From an uncultured Alistipes sp. (lineage in GTDB: Bacteria > Bacteroidota > Bacteroidia > Bacteroidales > Rikenellaceae), in assembly GCA_944321205.1 (NCBI GenBank), contig CALUKK010000100.1, positions 5,341 to 69,340 of the forward strand: DNA of 64,000 nt, in the 5' to 3' direction. The notes beneath the pieces are model-generated. The model saw nothing but the letters and a program-made list of their open reading frames with translations. It had not been told where the DNA came from and did no database searches. A program made the position numbers and the translations under genes. Of the stretch, positions 18,410 through 29,500 are shown in pieces (position 1 is the first letter of the stretch; the number at the start of each line of letters is the position of its first letter).

Positions 18410-21400
18410 TTAAAATGAAATATCCAGGCTGAGAGTAAACATGGGTCGATCGGTCAGCTCGATCTGCGCAAAACCGCTCTGCTGCGGCGTCTGGCCCCTC
18501 AGCTCGGGAGAGCAGATCGTGAAGAGGTTGTTGGCCGCCACATTCACGGCCAGTCGCGACATCCCCATGCGGGCGATCTTCTCCTGCGGAAACTCGTAGG
18601 TCAGCCCGATGGTCGAGCACTTCAGGTAGTTGCCGCTCACGACCCGGATATCGCTGTAATTGTACATGTCCATGTTGTTATAGGCGATGATGGGCATCTC
18701 GTTGTTCATCGAACTCCCGGACGAATAGTGACCCCGGTAACAGTCGGGATTCGGGATGTTGGTGGTGAGTTCGTCACCGGGCTTGCGCCAACGGTCGTTG
18801 AACTCCGCCGGGACGTTCCGCGACGGAATGAAGGCGGTTCCTTCAAAGAGCTTGAACTTGCGGATCTTCGAACCCAGGCTGTACGTCAGATTGACATTCA
18901 GGCGCCAGTCCCGATAACGGAGCGTATTGCTCACCATTCCCGCAATGGTCGGCTCCCGAAGTCCGCTCGGCGTAAGCACCCGCGTATAACATTCGTATTT
19001 GGTCAGACCCTTCAGCTCATCTTGACGATCCTCCCAGTCGTCGAAGAGCGGCTCTCCGTTCGAGGGGTTCAGCCCCAGGAAACGATAGGAGTAGAACGTC
19101 CCTACGGGCTGCCCGTCGACAAGAGCCGTACCGTTAAGGAAGTTCTCCAGTTCGTACTGCTCCTCACCGGGCCGGGTATTCATCCGGTTGTAGCTCTTCG
19201 AAAAGTTCGTGGCCAGGATCCAGGAAAAATCCTTCGTGCGAACCGGAATCGCCGTCAAGGCTATGCTGTATCCGTAATTGGTCACATCGCCCGAATTGAC
19301 CACATATTCATCGATGCCGTTGACCGAAGAGATGCGCTTCGAAAGAAAGGCGTCGCGCGTCTTCTTGTGATAGAAGTTGGTCTCGGTCTGCAGGCGGCTG
19401 TCGAAGAGCGAGAAGGTCAGACCGGCATTGAACGACGAGGTCTTCTCCCACTTCAGATTGGGATTCGGATAGGTGTCCATCTTGGAGACAAGCTCGTTGT
19501 AGACCGGATCGATGGGCTGCTGGCTGATGATCATCACCGGCGACTGATCGTCGAGCATGTTACCCTGCAATCCGTAGGAGACCTTCAGAAGCAGGTAGTC
19601 GATCCAGTCCCGTTTCACGGCATCGTGTGCGGCAAGATTGTAGTTCCCCGAAACCGACCACACGGGAAGCAGCTTTTCGTTGCTCTGGTCTCCGAACTTG
19701 TTCGAACCGTCGAACCGCGCATTGGCATTCAACGTGAAATAGTCCTTGTAACTGTACGACAGGGTGGCATTCCCGACAATATGTTGGTCAGATTGTCCAC
19801 AATCGTGGGATAGGCATTGTCCGTAAGCCAATCCTTGTAATAGGGATAATCGTCGAGCTCGGGCTTCGAAAACTGCTTGCCGCGATCCTTGTAATACCCC
19901 CGGGATACGGAGGCCGAAGAGCGATAACGGGTCGAGTTGACCTCGAAACCGAGACTGCCGTCCAGCAAATGGTTGCGTTCCGCATCCACATACTTGTTCA
20001 GATCGAGCTGGAACCGGGCCATGTAGGTGGTGCTGCGCGCATTGGTCTGCGACAACTCCCCGCCGAACGGAAGCGTCGATTCGGAATCCTCCCCGCTGGG
20101 AGCCGCCACGCCGTAGTTCGAAAGACGGAGCGCCGCCACATGGTGACTCCTCTCGCCCCACCAGCCCTCGATGTCGGTCGACGAGGTGGTGTAGGAGCCG
20201 ATCAGCGAAGCCCGCAGCCAGTCGGTAATGGTCCCGTTGAGCGACAGGTTGATGGCTATCGACGAGCCGTTCTGGTCCATGCTGCTGTTCTCCAACTCGT
20301 TGAGCACATTGTAGTCATACCCCACAATGCTGTTCTTGGGCAGCGAATAGAAGTAATAATCGCCCTGTTCGTCGAAAGCCGGAATCGCCCGGCTCGTGGT
20401 GTAGGCGTAATTGAGCGGTGCAATCTCCTCCTGATTGTAACGCCGCGTATTGACATTGCCCTTGATCCCGATATCGGCCGAAATATGCGACGACAGCACC
20501 GTATTCAGATTCAGCGTCGCCGTGTATCGCTCGTTGAAGTTGTTCTTGATAACGTCGTTGTCCCGGGCATATCCCACCGACGAGTAGTAGCGGATATCCT
20601 CCGAACCTCCCGACAGGCTCACCGTATGCTGATGGGAGAACGAATCCTCGGTCAACAGATCGAACCAGTCGGTATTCATCTCCTCGAGACGCCGGTACTC
20701 TGCGGCAAACTGAGCATAATCGATCGCTCCGGAGTAGAGCCGGTTCACCAGACCCTCATATCCAACCAGGCTGTTACTCGACGAAAAGGAGTAACCGTTG
20801 TCGACCAGCTCCTTGGAAAAGGCCAGGCGCTCCGAGGCATTCATGAGATCGATCTTGCGGTCGCTGTAACGCGGACGAAGTTTCACGGATCCCGTAAAAT
20901 TGTAATTGACGAGGGGTTTGCCCACGTGTCCCTTCTTGGTCGTGATGACGATCACGCCGTTGGCCGCCTTGGTACCGTAGAGGGCCGTGGCCGCGGCATC
21001 CTTCAGCACGTCGATACGCTCGATGTCCTGGGGATTGATACCCGCAATGGCATTTCCGATCCGGTTGATGTAATCGGGGTTGTTGAGCTCCTCGGGGCTG
21101 ATGGCCACGGGGTCCTGCAGCACGATGCCGTCGAGCACCCACAAAGGCTCCCGGTTGCCGATGAGCGTGGAGGTTCCGCGGATACGGATCTTCGGGGCTA
21201 CACCCACCTCGCCGGAATTGGTCGTAAGCATCATGTCCGGGATCTGTCCCTCGAGCATGCGGTCGATGGTCAGCACACCGGGAATCCGGATATCCTCGGC
21301 CCGGACCGAAGAGATGGCGCTGGTGCTCCTCCGTTTGTTGACAACCTGATAACCCGTGACAACCACCTCGTCGACCGACGTCTCGGCCTCCTCCAACACG

Positions 21401-22020
21401 ACATTGAGGACCGTCTGACCCTTGTAGACCCGCTCGACGGGGTTCATCCCGATGAACGTATAACGCAGGGTCACGTTCCGCGGGACACGGATCTCATAGA
21501 AGCCCTGGGAATCGGTCGTGACACCCATGGTAGTACCCTTCACCACGACATTGACACCGGCAATCGGCTTCTTGTTCCGGTCAAGAACCACGCCGCGCAA
21601 CAGTTCGGCTGCCGACTCCTCGGACTCCGTTTCGGAGATCGGACGCGGAAGGATGATGACCCGATTGTCACGAAGCACATACATGTATCGGTTGCCGCTA
21701 CCGGCCATCAGCACGTCGAGAGCCTCCTTCAAGGATACGTTGTCAACGTGCAGCGAGAAACGTTGTGTGCGGATCTCCGTATTGTTGAAGCCGAACTCTA
21801 TGCCGGATTGTGCCTTGAGCTGGTTGAGGATACGCTCCAGCGGCACGTTGGTCATATGGACGGTAATGCTGCCGGTATTCAACCGGGTCAGCAGAAAATC
21901 TTCGGTATTTGTCGTCGGGGCGGCCCAGAGCGGAGCCATTCCCCCCCCCGCGAGAAACAGGATGACCGCAAGGATGGAAAAAAGAGGGCTCTTCTTCCGC
22001 TTTTTACGATTATTTTGCAT
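18410..22020 (-). pseudogene. susC: SusC/RagA TonB-dependent transducer with STN domain, split by a 1-bp frameshift near 19770
   Basis: ORF 19729-22020 carries STN, plug and INPQDIERIDVLKDAAATALYG. ORF 18410-20161 carries the barrel C-terminus (ARFDGSNKFG...LSLDISF). Adding one base between 19771 and 19770 gives ...NILSG-Y-ATLSYSY..., about 1203 aa. May be a sequencing error. Confidence 0.85.
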
Positions 22021-22142
22021 ATCTTTGAAAGCATTTTAGATGTTACGACAATATCTAAACTGGTACGGGAACTCCTTCCGGCAATCTTTTTGCGGACTTC
22101 CAATTCACGTCAAGACTCCGGAACGATCATCGTACATTGGTT

Positions 22143-22171
22143 GGAGAGCGGGACCCCGGGTTCCGCTCTCC
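22143..22171 (-). promoter_or_regulatory. Stem-loop in the fecR-susC leader
   Basis: GGAGAGCGGGACC-ccg-GGTTCCGCTCTCC inverted repeat just after the fecR stop. Confidence 0.5.
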
Positions 22172-22199
22172 CGGTTCAATAAGAATGGGTGTAGGATAT

Positions 22200-23306
22200 C
22201 TACTTCTTCATAGGCAATCTCTTTTCAGTTACTATTTTCTTTCCGACAAGCAATTCCAGATCCGCAAGCAGACTCTCCAGCGAGGTCCTGCGGCTCACGT
22301 CGAGGGTCAATCGCGTCTCTCCCGCGTCCGGGCAGACGAGTTTGACTCCGTACCATCTTGTCAAATCGTCGAGCACTTCGCCAAGTGCGGCATCCGTATA
22401 TTTGAAACGGTCGTTCGTCCAGGCCAAATACGTTTCGCTGTCGACCTGCTGCATGGAGACATCTCCCGAGGTCATATCGAACGAAACCAACTGATCGGGC
22501 TCCATGCGCAACTCCCGGCCGTCGGGAAGTCTCATGCCTATGCTGCCTTCGGCCAGAACCGCAGTGACATTGCCCCGTTGGGCGGACTCCTTGACATTGA
22601 ACCGCGTACCGTAGACCCGGATCCGCGCCGTCCCGGCCACCACCTCGAAGGGGATTTCCGAAGGTGCAATCTCGAAATAGGCCTCGCCCTGAAGGGTCAG
22701 TTCGCGCAGCGACACAGCAAACGGAACGGTATAAGAGACACTGCTCTCGGCATTCATCACCACCCGGCTGCCATCGGGCAACTGCAACGCATAGGTCTGT
22801 CCGGCCGGAACAAGGATCCGATGCAGACTCGGTTCTGGTGCCGCCTCATCGGGACTTCCGTTTGTCGCAGTTCCGGAGGTTTCCGGCTCCCGGGAAGTCT
22901 CGGCCGTCCCGGCCTGCGCAATCTCACGGGATGGATCAGCCGTCGATCCGGGCCCCGGCGTCAACGCTATGGGAGCGTTGTTGTCGACGATCAGCACCGG
23001 AACTTCATAGCGGTCGATCGAGTCGGCGGTTTTCCCGCCGTCGGAGGGAAGAGCCAGCCAGATGGCCACACAGGCCGCCACGCCGCAAGCTGATGCCACA
23101 AGCCTGTGCAACCGGCGTCGGCGGCGCCGTAATGCCTCGATTCTGAAGACCAGTTCCGCCACATCGCGTCGCTTCCGGGCTTCGTAGGCTGCGTCGGGGC
23201 TCTCCTCCCGGGAATCGGACTCGCGGTCGGTGTCAAACAGCCGCATCATCGCGTCAAGTTCCGCACCTGCACGTGCCAGTCGATTCTCTTGTTCGCTTGG
23301 TTTCAT
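22200..23306 (-). CDS. FecR family anti-sigma factor
   Basis: Single TM; VPAGQTYALQLPDGSRVVMNAESS, LQGEAYFEI, VYGTRFNV, YLAWT, LTRWYGV. Start refined to 23306. Confidence 0.92.
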   Translation of the reverse strand: MKPSEQENRLARAGAELDAMMRLFDTDRESDSREESPDAAYEARKRRDVAELVFRIEALRRRRRRLHRLVASACGVAACVAIWLALPSDGGKTADSIDRYEVPVLIVDNNAPIALTPGPGSTADPSREIAQAGTAETSREPETSGTATNGSPDEAAPEPSLHRILVPAGQTYALQLPDGSRVVMNAESSVSYTVPFAVSLRELTLQGEAYFEIAPSEIPFEVVAGTARIRVYGTRFNVKESAQRGNVTAVLAEGSIGMRLPDGRELRMEPDQLVSFDMTSGDVSMQQVDSETYLAWTNDRFKYTDAALGEVLDDLTRWYGVKLVCPDAGETRLTLDVSRRTSLESLLADLELLVGKKIVTEKRLPMKK

Positions 23307-23380
23307 AACCCTTTTTTCCCATAAAACGCCCGAATCGGACAAATCTACCGACCGGGAATCATTTTATTTGTAATTTTTTT

Positions 23381-23388
23381 TATTTTTG
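23381..23388 (+). promoter_or_regulatory. sigmaA -7 element (TATTTTTG) for the ECF sigma gene
   Basis: TAnnTTTG about 30 bp upstream of ATG 23418 in an AT-rich spacer. Confidence 0.5.
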
Positions 23389-23417
23389 CGAGCAGGGAGT
23401 TCTCCCGAAGGTTAGTT

Positions 23418-23957
23418 ATGGGTACGGAGTGTGACAGTCTTTTGTTACGACGCTTTAACAGAAGGGAGCCGGAGGCATTCGGCCGGATCTACTCGCTCTT
23501 TTACGACGGGTTGCATCTCTACGGCCACCTGCTTTTCGGCAAAACCGACGTCGACGTAAAGGATGTTCTGCAGGACATCTTCCTCGCGCTGTGGCTCTCC
23601 GACACGCAATTCGACAGTCTGACCAAACTGAAGGGCTATCTGGTCATCGCCATGAAGAACCATTATCGGAGCCACATGCGCCATCTGGCCCACGAAATGG
23701 AATACGACCGGGAGATGTCGCTGGAACCCGGCGGCAATGCCGAGAGTCTCCGGCCGGGCCTGCGGCGGCATCTGCTGGAGCTGTTAAGTCTGCTTCCGGA
23801 GGAGTGCGCCCGGGTTATGGGATACTATATCGACGGATACCGTCCCGAAGAGATTGCACGCGTTCTCGACAAAAGCATCCAGACCATTTACAACACGAAA
23901 CAGCGGGCCATCTCGTTGCTTCGCCGCAGGCTTGTTCTGGAGGAGGAGCACAAGTAG
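23418..23957 (+). CDS. ECF RNA polymerase sigma-70 factor
   Basis: AFGRIYSLFY, DVLQDIFLALW (region 2), LPEECARV...EIARVLDKSIQTIYNTKQRA (region 4); divergent from fecR. Confidence 0.9.
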   Translation: MGTECDSLLLRRFNRREPEAFGRIYSLFYDGLHLYGHLLFGKTDVDVKDVLQDIFLALWLSDTQFDSLTKLKGYLVIAMKNHYRSHMRHLAHEMEYDREMSLEPGGNAESLRPGLRRHLLELLSLLPEECARVMGYYIDGYRPEEIARVLDKSIQTIYNTKQRAISLLRRRLVLEEEHK

Positions 23958-24085
23958 ACAGAAGAGGATTCGTCCATACCGGATTCAGGTACAGGGCCGA
24001 CCGTCCGGATTGACAATGTGGCGGAACCGGGGAGGGGTGAGGGTTGCACCGGAAATCGGCTGCCCGGGTCTTCCGAACGCCGCGG

Positions 24086-24163
24086 CCGACAGACAGCAGA
24101 CCGACGGACAGCAGACCGACAACGGACAGCAGACCGACAACGGACAGCAGACCGACGGACAGC
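24086..24163. repeat. Tandem repeat, about 5 units of 15/18 bp: CCGAC(AAC)GGACAGCAGA
   Basis: Visible directly; units differ by an AAC insertion; intergenic between convergent genes. Confidence 0.9.
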
Positions 24164-24213
24164 CGCCGGATTCCAAAACGCAGGAGGCGGCGGATCCGCC
24201 CCGTTGTGATGCG

Positions 24214-26265
24214 TTATTGGGCCGAATAGTGACCCGTCATCGGGAATTCGGTAATCCGAAGGGTCGTACAACCGTAGGGGATCAGTTCGATCTCCTCCTC
24301 TTCGGCCGTTTCGAGGCCATACATGATGCTGTAAGGCAGCGGTCCGGCCATCCCGTTATACATTTTCCAGGAGGGGACACGAAGAGCCCGAGCCCGGATC
24401 GACAGCGGTGTTGCCGCCTCATTCCACGGATAAACGTTGTCGAGTTTGGCGGAATCGATCCGCAGGACATAGTTCAGATCCAGCGAATCCTCCGGGCACT
24501 GGATCAAGGCATAATTCCAGGCCGAAGCGGCGGTATGTTCATAGAACCACGCTCCCTGGCCGACCGGATCCCGGAGGTCGACCTTCCGGCAGTCGCTCTT
24601 CACCCGCAGGGCATAGATCAGCGGGCCCCGTTCGACGCTGCGGGCATTCTCTTTCCAGGTCGAGAGCCGGACATGCGGCGTGAAACGGACTTCAAGTTCA
24701 TCCCCCGACTGCCAGAGGCGGTCGATCGTCGCCAGGCGGTCCTCACCCAGGGTGAAGATGACCGGTTTCCCGTTGAGCCGCAGCCCGGTGTCGGAACTCC
24801 ACGAGGGGATGCGCAGCACAAAGGGGAAACGGGCCGGCTGCCCGATGGATTCGATCCGGAAGAGCACCCGGTCCGAGAAGGGATAACAGGTCTGTTCGGA
24901 GATGTGGACCCGAACGCCTTCGGCAACCAGCATGCGCACCTCCGAGGGAGCATACTGTGTCACGGCAACGCCGTTCGTCGGGGTGGCGAACCACAGATTC
25001 TGCGTAAATTTGGGCCATCCCTGATGCATGTTCGACGTACAGCAGGGGTAGCCGGTCAGCAAGCCGAAGCAACCGTCCAGACCGGCATGATTGACATCGT
25101 AGTTCCGCAGACCGCGCGTCAGCTCCACATGGTTGAGTTGTTGAAAATACTGACGGGTGAGGAACCGATCGTCCACCTGGGCCGGCAACGCGTTGTATGC
25201 TACCCGCTCAAGCAGCTCGGCATACTTCGGATCCCCCGTAATACGATACATCGTCTCCAGCGAAAACATGTACTCCACTACCGTACACAATTCGATGCCC
25301 TGTGTCGGATCGTTGCCATGAATGGTTTCGTCCCCGCTGAACATCCCGATCGGGTATCCCTGGAAACGCCGCAGATCCTCCAACGCACAATCCAGCGCTT
25401 CGAGGTATTCCGGACGTGGATCAGCCTGCCAGTAGACGATCGGAGTCTTGATTCCCTGGGCCAGATTCACGGCATGGATCGTTCCCACCCGGGTCAACTT
25501 GTCCCGCTTCCGGAAAATCTCCGCATAAGGCTCGGTCTGTGCATAGAGCTTACGCCCCAACTCCAGCAAGAAAGCCTCTCCGGTTTTGTTGTAAAGCCAG
25601 TAGACGGCTATCAGATTGTCCCCGCCGCGGAATCGGCCCCAGAAACTCCAATGATCGAGCGGAAAGGTATCGAGATTCGCCAGTTGATAGCGGAAATAAC
25701 GGGTCATGAAATCGAGAACCCGAGGATCCCCCGTCGCCGAATGGTACTGCATGAGCACCTTGAGCATCACCATCTTGGGCCACCAGTCCCGGCAATTGTC
25801 ACGTTGCAACCCCGCCTCGGGGCCGTAATCGGTTCTCGGGCCGAAATAGCCGTTCTCCTGCTGACTGGCCAGAGTCCATTCGACCCAGGGTCGGGTTTTG
25901 GCGATCAACGCCGAATCCTGCAGCAAGTAGGCCAGCGGAAGCAACCCGTCCAACCAATAGGGACCGCGTTCCCATTGATCGCCGTCACCGCCCAGCCAGC
26001 CATTCCGCGGTCCCATAACCGCCGGATAAAGTTCATCAAGATGGCCGGTTGCCCCGTCGCGTTGTGTCTCCAGCATCTTGCGAAGCCATCCCGACGCAGA
26101 GATGCTTCCCAGAGGCAACTCCTCGAAAGCCGCAGGTTGCAACGGCGCCCGATTGCCTGCATAATTAACAGGGTGCGGATCTCCGGCACCGCATGAGACA
26201 AATAGGACGGACATCATCCCAAGGAGAGTCCCCATTCCAAGCGTTCGTTTTAGAGCCATGATCAT
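24214..26265 (-). CDS. GH127/GH146-like (DUF1680) glycosidase, lipoprotein
   Basis: WERGPYWLDG, HAVNLAQG, ELCTVVEYM, LERVAYNALP, YPCCTSNMHQGW, LRIPSW, ERGPLIYAL, LIPYG. Start 26265 or 26259. Confidence 0.85.
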   Translation of the reverse strand: MIMALKRTLGMGTLLGMMSVLFVSCGAGDPHPVNYAGNRAPLQPAAFEELPLGSISASGWLRKMLETQRDGATGHLDELYPAVMGPRNGWLGGDGDQWERGPYWLDGLLPLAYLLQDSALIAKTRPWVEWTLASQQENGYFGPRTDYGPEAGLQRDNCRDWWPKMVMLKVLMQYHSATGDPRVLDFMTRYFRYQLANLDTFPLDHWSFWGRFRGGDNLIAVYWLYNKTGEAFLLELGRKLYAQTEPYAEIFRKRDKLTRVGTIHAVNLAQGIKTPIVYWQADPRPEYLEALDCALEDLRRFQGYPIGMFSGDETIHGNDPTQGIELCTVVEYMFSLETMYRITGDPKYAELLERVAYNALPAQVDDRFLTRQYFQQLNHVELTRGLRNYDVNHAGLDGCFGLLTGYPCCTSNMHQGWPKFTQNLWFATPTNGVAVTQYAPSEVRMLVAEGVRVHISEQTCYPFSDRVLFRIESIGQPARFPFVLRIPSWSSDTGLRLNGKPVIFTLGEDRLATIDRLWQSGDELEVRFTPHVRLSTWKENARSVERGPLIYALRVKSDCRKVDLRDPVGQGAWFYEHTAASAWNYALIQCPEDSLDLNYVLRIDSAKLDNVYPWNEAATPLSIRARALRVPSWKMYNGMAGPLPYSIMYGLETAEEEEIELIPYGCTTLRITEFPMTGHYSAQ

Positions 26266-26297
26266 GATGATGAAGGGTTGTAGCGTTTGTTCGCCAA

Positions 26298-26305
26298 CAA
26301 AATTA
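26298..26305 (-). promoter_or_regulatory. sigmaA -7 element (TAATTTTG) for the GH127 gene
   Basis: caaaatta on + strand, about 35 bp upstream of the refined start. Confidence 0.55.
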
Positions 26306-26583
26306 AACGGAAAAGCGGAATTTCGCCGGAAATTTCCATCAAAAATCCGGACCAATCGTTCAAAGTTTCCGGATTCATTGCCAAAGTCCCGATTTAACGT
26401 TAAATTTGGGTGCCGAACGGTCTGTTAAAGATAAAAACAGAATACCATCCAGTATCCTGAAGATGAGACTCGGGCTTTCCGACATGCTGTCCGGACAAAA
26501 CCCACATGATCGCCAAAAGGGATCTCGACGGAACAAGGGGCAACGGCCCATAGCCATCACACGGTCGGACGTCTCTCCGGGGA

Positions 26584-29500
26584 TCAACGATTCTCGTGTT
26601 CCTGAACGTACGACGTAGGCGAAACACCGTAATATTTCTTGAAGACCGTACTGAAATATTTGGCGTTGGGGAAGCCCACCAGATAAGCGATTTCACCGAT
26701 GTTGTATTTCTGTCCGACGAGCAATTCAGCGGCCCTCTTCATCTTCAGATCCATGACCAACTCCTTGGGCGTAATACCAAGCAGCGTCTTGATCTTGCGA
26801 TAGAAGACCGAATAACTCATCGCCAGATCATACGACATTCTTTCGACCGTGTACAATTCGTCGGACATCTTCTCCCCAACCAATTCATAGAATTTGTCCA
26901 GAAAATTCCGATCACCATCGGTCAACTGTCCGAATGATTCATCCTGTTCCGAAACATTGTTCTCGATAAACCGCTGCTTGCGTCTCGACCGGTTCTTGAT
27001 CATGTTGTCGGTTTTCGTTTCGAGGATCAACAGATCAAAAGGTTTGCCAATATAATCTTCCGCACCGCACGATATGCCTCGTATGACATGCTCGCGTTCG
27101 GTGAGCGACGTAAGGAGAATAATCGGGATATGGCTGGTCGCAATGTCGCTTTTCAACCGCTTGCACATCTCGAATCCATCCATGACCGGCATCATCACGT
27201 CGGAAATAATCAGATCGACATTCTCACCCGAGGCCCTGTCAACAGCCTGTTGTCCGTTTTCCGCCTCCAGAACCCGGTATTTTTTTCGCAGGTAGACCCC
27301 CAAATAAGAACGCAGTTCATCGTTGTCTTCAACGATCAATACGGTATATTCGTATTTGTCAACCTCGGAGGCTGGAGTCGTTTCTGCCAATACGATCTGA
27401 TTCGTCATCAACTGTTCGGCCGGCGGATAGTCACATTGCCGGCAGGGTAACTTCACGGTGAAGATCGTCCCGCGCTTCGGCGTAGAGACAAACGAAACTT
27501 GACCCTTATGCAGCGTAACAAGACGCTTGACCAGCAACAGCCCAATACCGCTGCCCGTCTCCTTCGAATTGGAGGCGTTGTCGGCCCGGTAGAAACGCGA
27601 AAAGATCTTCGACTGGGCCGACATCGGGATCCCGATACCATCGTCAATAACCTCGATCGACAACCATTGCCCATCGCTTTCGAGCCGTACGGCCACATGC
27701 CCGCCCGGATCGGTATATTTCACGGCATTGGAGACCAGATTCTCCAGAATCAGCAGAACCTTGGGTTGATCAATCCAGCCTTGAGAGCTCTCGGGCAGCA
27801 ACTCTATCGTCAGATGGATCTGCTTGTGACGGGCTATCGACTGAAACGACATGATCGAATTATAGAAAAAGTTATTCAGAGAGGTCTGCTCAACCTGCAG
27901 CTTCATAGCCTTGCGCTCGAGTTTCTGGAAATCAAGCAGCTGCGTCACCCGGCGAAACAGTTTGTCGACATTGGACAAAGCCAGTTGCAATGCGGCCCGG
28001 CTGTTTTCCGTGAGCGACTCCTGTTCGATCTCGTTAAGCGGCGCCTTGATCAACGTGATAGGGGTGCGGATATCGTGGGCCATGTTGACAAAAAAGCGGA
28101 TCTTCTCATCCGAGCGCCGACTCTCCATCAGATTCTGATAATAACGATATCCAAGATACGAAACCGCTACACCGAGAAGGACATACACACAGATCGCCCA
28201 CCACGTGGCATAGAACGGCGGCGGAATAACGATTTGCAGATGACGCTGCTGCAGAACCTGGTGACTGCCCAGCAGAACGGCCTGAAGCGTGAAAAGATAC
28301 TTGTCCGGACGCAAATTGCTGTACATCGACCGGTATCCCTGATCGGAATAGATCCAGTCATTGTCTATGCCGGTCAATCTCCATCGACAGGTCGACAAAT
28401 CCCCATACAACTGATTCAGATTCGCGAACTCGATCGAAAAGGCATTCTGCCGACAGTCGAGGACCAGGGTCTGGAGATCGTCGATCGGAATGCGCCGAGG
28501 CGCATATTCGGTCGAACGAGTCGTATTATAGACCGTCAGATCCGAAAAATGAAGATTCGCCTGGGTCTGGTTGTTGAGCAACGGGCTTAACGGGTCCACC
28601 TCGATCGCCTCGTTGGGCGTTCCGCACACGATATCTCCGTTGCGGCGTTGGGCAAAGGCGGCAAAATTGAACGACCAGGAAGGTAATCCGATATTTCCGT
28701 GCAGCCGGATAATCTGACCCGTAGCCGGATTGAAGCAGTTCAACCCGTTTTCCGAGGTTATCCAGAGCCGATTCAATTTGTCGAATCCGACACCATAGAG
28801 GTAATTGCTCGACAAACCCTGATCCACGGTCCATGATTTGACATCGCAGGTCTTCAGATCCACGAACCATAACCCCTGGCCGTCGGTGGTAATCCACAAT
28901 CCGGTTTCGGTTTCATCCGCGAAGGTCATGTTGTAGATGAACGGCGTACGGCGCTGCGTACTCGTCCCGAGGGCAACGGATTTCACCGTGCCATTCAGTG
29001 GATTGAGGCGGTACAACCCCGAGACCCCACCGACAAGAACCGTCCCATCGCGGCTCGGCAGCATCGAATAACTGCCTTTCAAGGCCACATAACGTCCGGC
29101 GTCACGCCTCGGATCATAAACGATCAACGAGTCTGCGGCACTGCCGAACAACAAATTGCCGTAGGTATCCTCAACGATCGAATATACCTGATAGTTGTTG
29201 CGTCCGCGGATTATCCGGATGCGGTTGACACGTTCGGTTGCGGGGTCGATCCGCAGGATCTTCGTCGAGTATCCGCCGGCCCACACATACCCCTCGGAAT
29301 CCTCGAACAGGGCAAGGAACTGATTACTCTCTCCCGGAGTCACATATATCGCATGAGAGGTCTGACGCCTGCTGTCATAGCGGAAAATTCCGCCGTTGGT
29401 GGCAAACCACAGATCGCCCGTACGATCTTCGAGAATGGCATTGACATGATTGCGGGTCAATCCCCGATCGGCAGAACTCCCGAACCGATAGATTCGCTCC

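Noticed and set aside
18410-20161. Independent 583-aa gene
   Set aside because: The first ~130 aa are out-of-frame sequence; the rest is the C-terminal part of the frameshifted SusC.
19969-22182. 737-aa plus-strand ORF (similarly 14563-16323 and 7020-8744)
   Set aside because: Antisense shadows of well-supported genes.
24086-24163. Possible CRISPR array
   Set aside because: Repeats are contiguous with no unique spacers; no cas genes in the window.
23854-26196. 780-aa plus-strand ORF containing QQTDNG repeats
   Set aside because: Almost entirely antisense to GH127 and overlaps the sigma gene; shadow ORF.
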